Part shown: piece by piece, positions 10,740 through 20,000 of the stretch
How the letters are laid out: each line of letters starts with the position of its first letter
Position numbering within the stretch: the first letter of the stretch is position 1
Source of the DNA: Chiloscyllium plagiosum
Lineage: Eukaryota
DNA length: 20,000 nucleotides
Direction of reading: 5' to 3'
Assembly (NCBI RefSeq): GCF_004010195.1
Contig: NC_057753.1
Location: 4,205,608 to 4,225,607, forward strand
Program-made: the position numbers and the translations under genes
Notes under the pieces: model-generated
Database searches by the model: none
Told to the model about the DNA's origin: nothing
Seen by the model: the letters and a program-made list of their open reading frames with translations, nothing else

Positions 10740-11030
10740 TTTCATGACTTAATGCCCTCTACCTGTATTTTGTCCGTAATTCTGCACATTTTCTATCCTC
10801 AGTTATTTCCAATGATTTCTAGAATGATTCACTTGAACCTGCTTTCGTTGCACTTCCAGGCAGTCTTCTCCACACTGGATTACTTCCGGTACCACAAACT
10901 CAGTAGTATCAAAATGAGATTGTCCAGAGGATGCTTAGGTGGAGAAATCGATGAAAAGTTTTCTGGTCCAGGGTTTCTTGGACTTTTGGACTGCCTTTAG
11001 AGTGGTGTGTTCTGGGGAAGGCAGATGCGT
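10740..11030. mobile_element. Two old CR1 3'-end fragments (minus ~10740-10890, plus ~10900-11030)
   Basis: Nucleotide resemblance by eye to CR1 ORF2 end and 3' UTR; highly diverged. Confidence 0.4.
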
Positions 11031-11256
11031 TTCACCTACAGTGGGATGGGTCAATTATCTTTCCATGTTCACCTCTTCTTGCTGATATTGTTGGTGTACG
11101 TGTAGAGAGAGATATAAAATTTGGAAAGAAGTGGGATCCAGAGAGAATGTTCAGTCTTTTATTTTTACTGCATTTAAACTTTTTAGCCCTTCATGTACAG
11201 GTTCACAGGAGCAGATAGGTCTTGTGGTTTCCTGTGTTGAAACATGTGGAATGCTT

Positions 11257-11337
11257 TTCGGAAGGTCAGTGAGAACTCGTTGGGCCAAATGGCCAGCTCC
11301 CATACTGTAGGGATTCGACAATTCTGTTCTAATCTAT
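11257..11337 (+). mobile_element. HE1-type SINE / CR1 3' tail
   Basis: ttcggaaggtcagtgagaactcgttgggccaaatggcc...ctgtagggattc...ttctaatcta. Confidence 0.6.
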
Positions 11338-11857
11338 GTATTCCCGATGTTCTCCTGTTATGGCAGGATCTGCTTCTAGTCCAATATGGTCAAATCATGT
11401 TATCTACTTACTTTCATTTCTCTTGGACAGTTCACCATCGAAAGAGCACTCCAACTAAAGTGATGGCTTCTTTGCTTTTTTTTTAACTTTCTGCCCATAG
11501 GACTTCAGTGAGATGAATGTGATGATGTCATTTTCTTTGTTGCTGTCAGAGATTCCCTGATCAGAATTGTGAAGCCCCACTCCCGATTTGCCTCCATCTC
11601 TGTTTCATCTGTAGACCCTGTAAACTGGAACTTTGAGCTACCAATCCTCGCTCAAACATGTTTCACTGACAAAAATGGCATGATGCCCTCAAGTTTCAGT
11701 TCATGAAAGCTAATGTGCCTTCGTCATCAAATTCCAAGTAGAAGAATAATTAACATTATTTAACCTTGCCAAACCCTGCCATGCCATAACTGACTTGTGA
11801 TATCAATGTATTTCGGACTAACATATTGTTATTTCTTAAGCTGACCATTCTTCTTCC

Positions 11858-12005
11858 CTGACAGAGCATTTTATATCGCCTTTTTAGTCTGAGTACACCG
11901 CGGGCACAAGACAATATAAGTCCCAGAAGAGTGCAGAATATGCAAGATAATACTCAAGAAGGAGGTTAAGAGGACTAAAAAGGCGATATAAAAATGTTCT
12001 GACAG
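11858..12005. repeat. MITE-like element with ~32-bp inverted termini
   Basis: 11858-11889 versus 11973-12005: perfect 21-bp core TTTTATATCGCCTTTTTAGTC, plus 2 mismatches and 1 indel outside it; 83-nt interior. Confidence 0.75.
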
Positions 12006-12299
12006 CAGGACTTTCCGGTATTTTAAGCTGTTGCACAGGTTTATGAAGGATCGAAGGATAACACTGGAAACCATAAGGACAATAAATAATCATGACAATA
12101 ATGTTTTCATAGTTAAGGTAATGCTGGTCGGATTCAAACTGAATAATTTGCGTTGGTGTCCAGTAGTGAGATGGACATGATGGCCAGAACATCAGGATGA
12201 AAGTCTGTGAAAGAATTATAGAATTATGATAGGCACAGAGAAGATACTGAGTATCCGTTTAAAAATTCTGCAGTATCAGTCGATAATGGCTGGTATGTT

Positions 12300-12930
12300 T
12301 CTCAGCACATTTTCTTGCCTTTTGCCTGCAATCCTTGATCCAATTTATAAATCAGACCTTATCTCTCTCTTTCTAATAAAGACTCAATAAACTGATCTCG
12401 ACAGCTTTCTGAGGCAAAGAGTTCCACTCATTTGGTCAGGCAGCATCAAAGGAGCAGGAGAATCTGCCCGAAACGTCGATTCTCCTGCTCCTTGGATGCT
12501 GCCTGACCTGCTGCGCTTTTCCAGCAACGCATTTTCAGCTCTGATCTCCACAATCTGCAGTCCTCACTTTCTCGTAGTTCCACTTATTTGTCAACATTTT
12601 CCCGAAACAAACATTTCCTTTTTCTCAGTTTTGAAGGCAATCTCGTCACTCTGCGGTTGTGTCCTCTCGTCTCGTCTCCGCTACTCGTGAAAACGTCTTC
12701 TCCATATTGACTTTAATCAGTTCTCTCCGCATTCTGTTTCAAAGAAAGTTCCCGTCATCCTTGTACACTTCTTGGAATACAGCCCCAGAGTCGGCAATCG
12801 CTCCTCATATAACAAGCTCTTCATCTCCGGGATCATCCTTGTAAATAAACCTCTCAGAAATCCTTCTATGCCAGTACACCCTCCGTGTATACGGTGCCCA
12901 AAACTGTTCACAAATGTTGTTAAATACAAT
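12300..12930 (-). mobile_element. Old CR1 3' portion interrupted by a Penelope-like insertion
   Basis: FTRMIPEMKSLLYEERLPTLGLYS and EQFWAPYTR in minus frames. Confidence 0.8.
12434..12575 (+). mobile_element. Penelope-like mini-element copy 3 with inverted head and 14-bp TSD
   Basis: Arms 12434-12464 and 12478-12508 (30/31 complementary); flanks AGTTCCACTCATTT (12420-12433) and AGTTCCACTTATTT (12576-12589). Confidence 0.85.
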
Positions 12931-12949
12931 TAGGTCCGTTAACAATACC

Positions 12950-13138
12950 TGGTCTGTGCGAGAGAGTTGGAGTGCAGGGTCGCTTTCCATGTTGTTAATT
13001 CTATGTCATGGCATCCAAACCTGTGGGCCACGTGTCGGTAAATCGAATTTACGTGGTAACGTCGTTTGCGCCAGCGTGGACATGATGGATTGAAGGGCTA
13101 TATTCTGTGCTCTGGGTCTCTGTGACTTTATGACTCTA
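12950..13138 (+). mobile_element. Two tandem CR1 3'-UTR tails
   Basis: gagttgg..agggtcgctttccatgttg..ttctatg and gcgtggacatgatggattgaagggc..tatgactcta. Confidence 0.55.
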
Positions 13139-13681
13139 ATGTTAAAGGAGATCAGCTTTGAATAAAAAAGAAAATAAAAACCTTTGTTTGAATGCTCTTT
13201 GTTCCAATGTGCAGCATTAATGTCTTATGTTTTGAACTGCATATGATAAAAACATTTCGCCAGATATGTATTTCCTCGACTTGCAAGGTTTTGTTTTTTC
13301 CTTTCTTTCTCCGCACCTCTCTTATAACAAGAAAAAGAAGTCATACGAAGTGGTTGTAGGCTGTCTTTCATTTTCTCCATTTCACTTGCTGTATTGTTTT
13401 TGCCTGTTATCCTAGAACACATCATAGTTTGAGTCGATGAGTCCACATGTTCACATGCAAGTGTACATGTATTGGTTTATGTTGTTGACAGGCTGAACTA
13501 CTGTTGCGTCTGATATGCTTATATTTGAACTTATCAGGAATATTGAGGCCTTCGGTTATTTGAAGCAGCCAGCAGAATATTAAATAGCTCTGTCTAAAAC
13601 TGCCTTGAATTAACAGTGAACAGAGAACAGAAATCGTGAAAATTATCTTCTGTAGTTTACTATAATTTTCCTGCCTGGTTT

Positions 13682-13959
13682 ATAACCAGGTCACATCCAA
13701 GACACTACAGAAGCAGAGAATGCAACCCTGACTTGCTATTTTGAATGCAGCTTTATAACCAATACAAATTGTTGCGTCAAAACAAAGCTGGGCTGAAAAT
13801 CTGAAGCCATGACTGCTGGAAAAGTTAATGAAAATGTTACATTCGAATCAGCAATTGAGAACGTGAATGGCATTTTAGAAGTTTGGGAATGAACAAATTA
13901 TAGTTATGGAATTAGTTCGCACTTACTTGCTTTTCACCACTATTGCAAATTCCACATTT
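13682..13959 (+). pseudogene. TCR alpha/delta-like V pseudogene
   Basis: TTEAENATLTC (Cys 13734); tg-ttg-cgt-caa-aac = W-L-R-Q-N with a 1-nt deletion 12 codons later; H-Y-C (Cys 13944) in the same frame exactly 70 codons after the first Cys; CACATTT heptamer-like at 13953. Confidence 0.65.
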
Positions 13960-14042
13960 GATACGTAATGCAGGACTTCGTGAAGACTGTGCAAGGAAAG
14001 AGTACAGTTCCTTGCGGCAAACGTTTAATGGGGACATCATAT

Positions 14043-14328
14043 GCTGTCCATACGTTGGAATGGCAATACTTTCATCAATTTCGTTTCAGTTTTTAACGAG
14101 ATACCAACAACAGGACAAACCTCAATACATGCAGAAAGAGAGAATAATCGCCATTGATATGCCGACAGTTTTAAACTCTACAGACACTCAGCCTTTAATC
14201 ATTTGGTTGCAAATAAGATTTCAATTATTATAAATACACGAAAGAAGCATTGCACACTTAGACATCCACTTCGATAATTTTGAAGTCACAACATGCAGAG
14301 ATGTAAAACTGCAAGCAACGTAAAAACT
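14043..14328 (+). pseudogene. TCR alpha/delta-like V pseudogene
   Basis: TLEWQY (tgg for tgc); R-YQQQDKPQYM at 14099-14131 (cf. WYxQxxxxxPQYxL); NTRKKHCTL; CACAACATG then 24 nt then GTAAAAACT. Confidence 0.55.
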
Positions 14329-14363
14329 ATTTACCCTCTACTTCTTAGCATTTCGTCCATTCA

Positions 14364-14687
14364 AATGCTTTGGTAAAGCTGGAGTGTGTATTTGAAACGC
14401 GATGTGGACAAATATCTGACAGCACTTCCATATTTAAAATCATTTATCACTCTCCCTCCAGCATTGCAAACTTTCCCAGCTGAACTGCATCCCTTCCACG
14501 CTCCTGGAACGGAATAAATGTCCACAGACGTGTAATCTAAAGGACCGTTTTTCTTAAAATTTCGTTTAACAGATGCGACTTCCAATTTGTTTTTTTTTTA
14601 ACATAGAAGTCCAGTGTTCCTTCCAAATACGATCTTTAAAATAGAAAATGTATATCAATCTTTCAGAACAGGCAAAAGACCACAGTG
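14364..14687 (+). pseudogene. TCR alpha/delta-like V pseudogene
   Basis: VKLECVFETR at 14373-14402 (cf. VTLDCVYET); LKDRFS*NF at 14537-14563; TSNLF; agac followed by perfect CACAGTG at 14681-14687. Confidence 0.55.
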
Positions 14688-14709
14688 TATCAGAGCCATT
14701 CTTTCCCAA

Positions 14710-15162
14710 ATGGGTTTTGGAAGCTCCTCATACAGGTTTCTGCAACTCTTCTGCACGTAGGTCTTAATCTCTTTCGAATTCTGATTTTGTTTTCTCTGTC
14801 TGTGTACCTATCATTCTTTGCTGCACAAAATAGTAATCCAAATTCCGCATGCACATATCCTATGTACACTGTGAAATTTCTTGTCGTTTATTTTCCCCTC
14901 TGTTTTCATCTTTATTTGCACACAGGAATAAACTCTTTAAATGTTATCAAAACTTAAAATTGTTGATACAATTCCAGAATGATATTTCGGGAATGTTTTC
15001 AATAAGAAAAAAATCCCTTCCACTCAATACAGTAAACAACGACATAACTTCTCTGCAAATGAATTGTATTTTCTGTTGTCAAGTATTAATCTACCATTTA
15101 AATGTGGCATATTGCTATCGACGTTTAATGACTGATGTGGGGGCCGATACTTTACAAAAACC
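14710..15162 (+). pseudogene. V pseudogene with leader, intron, deleted V exon and 23-RSS
   Basis: ATG 14710 and frameshifted hydrophobic FWKLLIQVSATLLHV; GT at 14757 or 14761; acceptor tttatttgcacacag (14925) then GINSLNVI; LKLLI, ISGMFSI, ITSLQ, VAYC (Cys 15113); RSS starts 8 nt after the Cys codon. Confidence 0.55.
15124..15162 (+). other. Degenerate 23-bp-spacer recombination signal sequence
   Basis: TTTAATG (cf. CACAATG/CACAGTG) + exactly 23 nt + consensus nonamer ACAAAAACC. Confidence 0.55.
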
Positions 15163-15167
15163 GAAAA

Positions 15168-18080
15168 TGGGAGGTGAAGTCTAATGATTTTGGAAGGTGA
15201 TGTCTAATGATCTTTGGTGAATTTCTTTATTGCATCTCGTATATAGTACAAACGTCTGCTACCGAGCGCTGACGGTGGATGGTGTAAATGTTTGTAGATG
15301 TGGTGCCAAGTGGGTGGCTTTGTCATGGATTACAACAAGCTTCGTTATTGTTGTTGGAGCTGAACAATCCAGGCAAGTGGAGAGTATTCTTTCACACTCT
15401 TGTGGTAGACATAATTTGGGGTGTAAAGAGGTGAGTTACTTGCCGCAGTATGCCTCGTCTCTGACCTGTTCTTTGAGCCACTGTGTTCAGGTGGTGAGTC
15501 CAGTTCAGTATCTGGTCAATCGTAACCCCAAGGATGTTGACAGTGCAGGATTCAGTCATGGCAGTACCGTTGAATATCAAGGGTGATGGTGAATGTGTCT
15601 TACTGGTGATGGTCATTATGAGGCTTTTGGTTGTCGTGCATATGCCCTTCGCCACTTGTCAGCCCAAGCCTGGATATTGTCCAGATCTTGTTGCATTAGA
15701 GCATGGATAGCTTCAGTGTCTGAGGAGTAATAAATGGTGATGAACACAGCGCAATCATCGGCGAACAAACACACTTCTGACCTTATGACAGAGGAAAGGT
15801 CACTAACCGGAGGGACACTTGCAGTGATATCCTGGAGCTGAGATGACTGACCTGGCACAACCACAACCATCTTCCTTTGTGCCAGGCATGACTACAACAA
15901 GCTGTCTGTCCCCCCCACTCCCCACCCAACCCGGTACCCATTGATTTCAGTTTTGTAAGGCTCCTTGATGCCTTACACGTTCAAATCCGGCCTTAATGTC
16001 AAATGCTGTCACTTACCTCACCTCTGCAGTTCATCTCGTTTCTCCATGTTTGAACCAAAGCTGTAAAGAGATCAGGAGCTGGGTGACCCTGGAAAAACCT
16101 AAACTGGGCGTCCCTGAGCAAATGTTGCTTGATAGCACTGTTGATGATCCATTGCACTCGTTACTGATGACAGAAAGTAGACAGATTGGGCGGTATTTGG
16201 CCGGATTGGATTTGTCCTGTTTTTTTGTATACAGGACGTAACTGGGCATTTTTGCATATTGTCGGCTAGAAACCAATGTTTTAACTTTATTGGAAGAGCT
16301 TGACTAAGGCAGCGGCAAATTCTGGATGCATGTTTTCAGTAGTTTTGCTGGAATGTCATCTGGGCGCATAGCTTTTGCAGTCGCCACTGCCTCCAGCCGT
16401 TTGTTGTTAGCACGTGGAGTGAATCGAATTGGCTGAGTACTGGTACTATGATGCTGTGGACCATTGGCGGAGCCCGAGACGGATCGTCCAGTCGGCACTT
16501 CTAACTGAAGTCTATTGTGAATGCATCAGCCTTATCCTTTGCACTGATTGGCTGGGCTCCTCCATCATTGAGGAAAATGATATTTGAGGAGCCTTCTCTC
16601 TCGTGAGTTGTTGAATTGTCGACCAACTTTAACGACTGGATGTGAAAAGACTGCAGAAGTTATATCGGATCCATTGGCTGTGGAATCACTTAGCTCTGTC
16701 AATTGCTATTTATACCGTTTGGCACGCAAGTAGTCCTGTGTGGTCGCTTCACCATGTTGACAATTCAGTTTTACGCATGCCTGATGCTGCACCTGGCATG
16801 CCCTGCTGCACTCTATGTTGAACCAGTTTTCATCCAGTGGCTTTATTGTAATGGCTGAGTGGGGTAATATGCCAGACCATGACTTTGCAGATTGTGCTGG
16901 AATACAGTTCTGCTGCTGTTGATGGCCCACAGCGCCTCATGCATGCCCAGTCTCGAGCTGCCAGATCGATTCGATGTCTGTCCCATTCAGCACGATGATA
17001 GTGCCACATAAAATTATAGATTTGTTCTTAAGGAGAAGGCGGGGCTTGTTCTCCACAAGGTGACGGGTTTTACCTGTACGGTCATAGACAGATGCTTCTG
17101 TAACAGGCATATTTGTAAGAGTGAGGTCAAATATGCTTTTTCCTCTTATTACTTCCTTCACCAACTGCCGCAGGCCCAGTCTAGCATTTATATCCTGACC
17201 TGGCCAGCTCAGTCAGTCATGCTGTTGCTGAGCCACTCTTGGTGGTGAACACCGAAACCTCCCACCCAGAGTATATTTTGCACCCTTGCCACCCTCAGTA
17301 CTTCCTCAAAGTGTTGTTCAACATGGAGGAGTACTAATTCATCAGCTGAGGGATTACTGTACGTGTAAGCATTAAGAGATTTCATTGCCCATATTTGACC
17401 TGAAGCAATGATACTTAATGCAGTTCGGAGTCGATGGCAAAGACTCCCAGGGCAACTCCCTCCCGTCTGAATCCCACTGTGCCGCTATCTCTGCTGTGTC
17501 AGCCCTTCCATTGGGACAGGACATATGCAGGAACGGTAATGGCTTTGTCTGCAGTGTTACTGTGAATTATGATTTAATAAGAATGTCTAGGTCAGGTTGA
17601 TGCTTAACTTGTCCGTGAGACAGCTCTCCCATTTTCGGCACTCGCCCCTGATGTTGGTGAGGAGGACATTGAATGGTCGATAGGGCAGTTTGTGTTTTTG
17701 CCATTGTCTTCTTCGATTCCAAGGTAACTACTGGTTTCACTTTCTTTCTCGCACGTTTCTAGTGAATGACACGACTGAATAGCTTGCTTGGCCATTTCAG
17801 AGGGCAGTTGAGAGTCAATCACATTGGTGTGACTCTGGAGTCACAGGTAGGCCAGACCAGGCAAAGATGGCAGATTTCATTCCCTTGTGGACATTAGTCA
17901 ACCAAGTGAGTTTTTTCCAACAATTGATAATGGTCTCATGGTGATCAGTCGACCAGATTTATTTCATTGAATTCCAATTCCATCAACTGCCATAGCGGGA
18001 TTCGAACCCAGGTCCCCAGAGCATGATTTTCTGTTTCTGGATTAATTATCCAGTAGTAATATGACAAGGCCATTATCTTC
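15168..18080 (-). mobile_element. Degenerate CR1/L2-group LINE (APE endonuclease plus RT) with tRNA-like 5' head
   Basis: Minus frames IFDLTLTNMP, KAMRPDDIPAKLLK, KQDKSNPAKYRPICLLSVIS, LFADDC, QQDLDNIQAWADKW, NILGVTIDQILNW; B box GGTTCGAATCC (17998-18008) and A-box-like TGGCCTTGTC (18063-18072). Confidence 0.88.
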
Positions 18081-18178
18081 ACTGAATTCATTTGCTTTTA
18101 GGTTTTTTTGTTTGGAGCAATCATAAACACTATCATAAATATATGCTTATATCAATTTCTTTTTCATGGGAACACCAA

Positions 18179-18295
18179 GGATATTCAGAAAGGTTTTTGA
18201 TAAGGATTCCCCATGGCAGGGGAAAGAGGAACGAGAAGTCACTTGGGGTCCAGGGTTTAACAGCTTGATGGACAGACAAGCAGCTTGACAGAACG
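18179..18295 (+). mobile_element. Short CR1 RT fragment
   Basis: gatattcagaaaggtttttgataaggattccccatggcagg resembles DFQKAFDKVPHGR with indels. Confidence 0.55.
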
Positions 18296-18296
18296 T

Positions 18297-18390
18297 ATGG
18301 CACGGTGGCTCACTGGTTAACACCACTGTCTCACAGTGCCAGGGACCAGGTTTGATTCCAGCCTAGAATGAATGTCTGTGTGGAGTTTCT
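18297..18390 (+). mobile_element. HE1/V-SINE 5' fragment
   Basis: ggcacggtggctcactggttaacaccactgtctcacagtgccagggacc..gtctgtgtggagttt: tRNA-derived head plus start of the V-SINE core. Confidence 0.75.
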
Positions 18391-18401
18391 AACTTTGTCC
18401 T

Positions 18402-18667
18402 GTGTACCTGCATAAATTAACGCAGGACCTCAAGACCTGAAGCATATAACCGCTTTCCTCCAGAATAACATTGGATTCGGTGGAATTTGAAGCTGAGGAA
18501 TAAAAACTATTTGCAGTTTGAACATAGGGGAATGTTATAAAAATAAATGAATAGGACAGGATTAAGCTTCCAGAGACACAACAAAGTAAAACTATGGATT
18601 TTCTCCTCTTCTCCATTTCTGAGTCAATCTGATCCTGTGCATTCCTATGGGCTCCTGGCCATCAGTG
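18402..18667 (+). pseudogene. V relic (FR2 to RSS-like end)
   Basis: YLHK..AGPQDL; DRIKL..QSKTMDF..SDPV..WAP then CATCAGTG (heptamer plus 1 nt) at 18660-18667. The span is too long for one V, so it may be two pieces. Confidence 0.3.
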
Positions 18668-18712
18668 AGCATTAGCAGCTGCTCGAACATGTCTGATGGT
18701 TAAAACGTTGAG

Positions 18713-18881
18713 GAGGAGAAAGTGAGGACTGCAGATGCTGGTGCTTTATCAGGGTCGATATTATGTTGCTGGAAAAGCACAGCAAGTCAGGCAGCATCCG
18801 AGGAGCAGGATGATCAACGTTTCGGACATGAGCCCTTCATCGGTTTCTTGCTGTACTTTCTCAGCAACATACTCTCGACTC
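18713..18881 (-). mobile_element. Penelope-like mini-element copy 4 with 15-bp TSD
   Basis: Reverse complement of copies 1-3; hammerhead remnant CCGATGAAGGGCTCATGTCCGAAACGTT; flanks GGTTAAAACGTTGAG (18698-18712) and GGTTAAAACATTAAG (18882-18896). Confidence 0.85.
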
Positions 18882-18915
18882 GGTTAAAACATTAAGTAAG
18901 AAAATGATAATGAGT

Positions 18916-19126
18916 GGACGATAAGCTGTTAAAATCACCTGTCATAAATAATCCAACCAGGTGATGAATAACCGATTATTCTGGAGTTGCAGTACCAAGG
19001 CACATTATCAATTACAAAGGCAGGTTTGCAGTTGAAGTACAAGGGGATATTTCGAGCACAGCTCAGAGTACAGAGAGGGACTATTATGAGTACCGCTATT
19101 TTGCCGGTGTTATATTTGTTTCTCAA
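18916..19126 (+). pseudogene. TCR alpha/delta-like V pseudogene
   Basis: AVKITC (Cys 18940) and in-frame LFW 14 codons later; LQYQG after a frameshift; YKGRFAVEVQ at 19013-19042; ttttgccggtgttatatttgtttctc resembles the codons for SAVYYCAL. Confidence 0.55.
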
Positions 19127-19187
19127 CTTCTGGCAACAATTTGCTAAAAATTGACCCATACTAAAAGCGACATTAACATTAAAAAGA

Positions 19188-19330
19188 GGAATCACTGAGT
19201 GCATAAGTTAGAACAAAACTGAAAGCAAGTATCAGAGTGATGGAGGGGACACTCAGGGACAAGAATTGGCCTCAAACATGGTTTAATGATGCACCAGTAA
19301 TCATGACCAGACCAGATAACCACATAATCA
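19188..19330 (+). pseudogene. 5' part of a V relic truncated by CR1
   Basis: HKLEQN, then SIRVMEGTLRDKNW with E-G-x5-N-C spacing (tgg in the Cys position). Confidence 0.4.
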
Positions 19331-20000
19331 TGTCCGACCAGAGGGGAGGCCATTTTGGATTTGGCACTCGGTAATGAACCGGGACAAGTGATGGGCTTGT
19401 TTGTGGGTGAACATTTTGGTGATGGTGACAACAATTCTGTGACTTTCACCTTGGTTATGGACAGAGATAGGTGCGTGCAACAGGGTAGGTTTTACAATTG
19501 GGGGAAGGGTAATTATGATGCTGTAAGACAGGATCTGAGGAGCATAAGTTGGGAGCATAGGCTGTCGGGGAAGGATGTCGTGGAAATGTGGAACTATTTC
19601 AAGGAACAGATACGACGTGTCCTTGAAATGTATGTACCGGTCAGGCAGGAAAGAAATGGTCGTGTGAGGGAACCTTGGTTGACGAGGGAGGTTGAATGTC
19701 TTGTAAAGAGGAAGAAGGAGGCTTACATAAGGTTGAGGAAACAGGGTTCAGACAGAGCAGTGGAGGGATACAGGATAGCCAGAAGGGACTTGAAGAAAAG
19801 GGATTAGGAGAGCCAAGAGAGAGCATGCAAAATCTCTGGCGGAAAGGATCAAGGATAACCCAAAGGCATTTTATGCGTATGTGAGAAACATGAGAATGAC
19901 GAGAACGAGGGTAGGTCCAATCAAGGACAGTAGTGGTAGACTGTGTATTGAGTCGGAAGAGACAGGAGAGGTCTTGAATGAGTACTTTTCTTCAGTATTT
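19331..20000 (+). mobile_element. CR1 LINE ORF2 (end of endonuclease and linker), runs off the window
   Basis: PTRGEAILDLALGNEPGQV, GEHFGDGDNNSV, FYNWGKGNYDAVR, EPWLTREVE. Confidence 0.95.

Noticed and set aside
10440..12290. Further V-like scraps (NTAVS ~10538, GQFTIER ~11426, VYEG..ITLE ~12039, NSAV ~12264)
   Set aside because: Isolated motifs without both Cys/Trp anchors; consistent with the array but not supportable individually.
18333..18339. CACAGTG heptamer
   Set aside because: Part of the HE1 SINE tRNA-derived head.
1..20000. Prokaryotic systems (CRISPR, operons) or an endogenous virus
   Set aside because: No regularly spaced repeats or viral hallmark motifs; the content is vertebrate retroelements and pseudogenes.

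Overview
Eukaryotic genomic DNA, most likely from a shark (inferred from HE1-type SINE pieces, CR1 LINEs with (TTCTATG)n tails and Penelope-type mini-repeats). No intact cellular protein-coding gene is supported. About half of the window is retroelement debris: four large CR1 pieces (one keeps an open ORF1 with an SGNH esterase domain), a minus-strand EN-RT LINE with a tRNA-like Pol III head that appears split by a ~9.8 kb block, four Penelope-like mini-elements (two with a recognisable hammerhead-ribozyme core), SINE fragments and a tRNA-Glu pseudogene. The stretches between repeats are not featureless. On the + strand they repeatedly show antigen-receptor V-segment motifs in the correct order (EG-x5-xC, W-Y-x-Q, RF-S/A, D-S-A-x-Y-x-C), several ending at RSS-like heptamers or nonamers. 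I read the window as a densely packed array of a dozen or more very decayed T-cell receptor (alpha/delta-like) V pseudogenes. Individual relics need frameshifts to read and were aligned by eye, so each is moderate to low confidence; the overall pattern is stronger.
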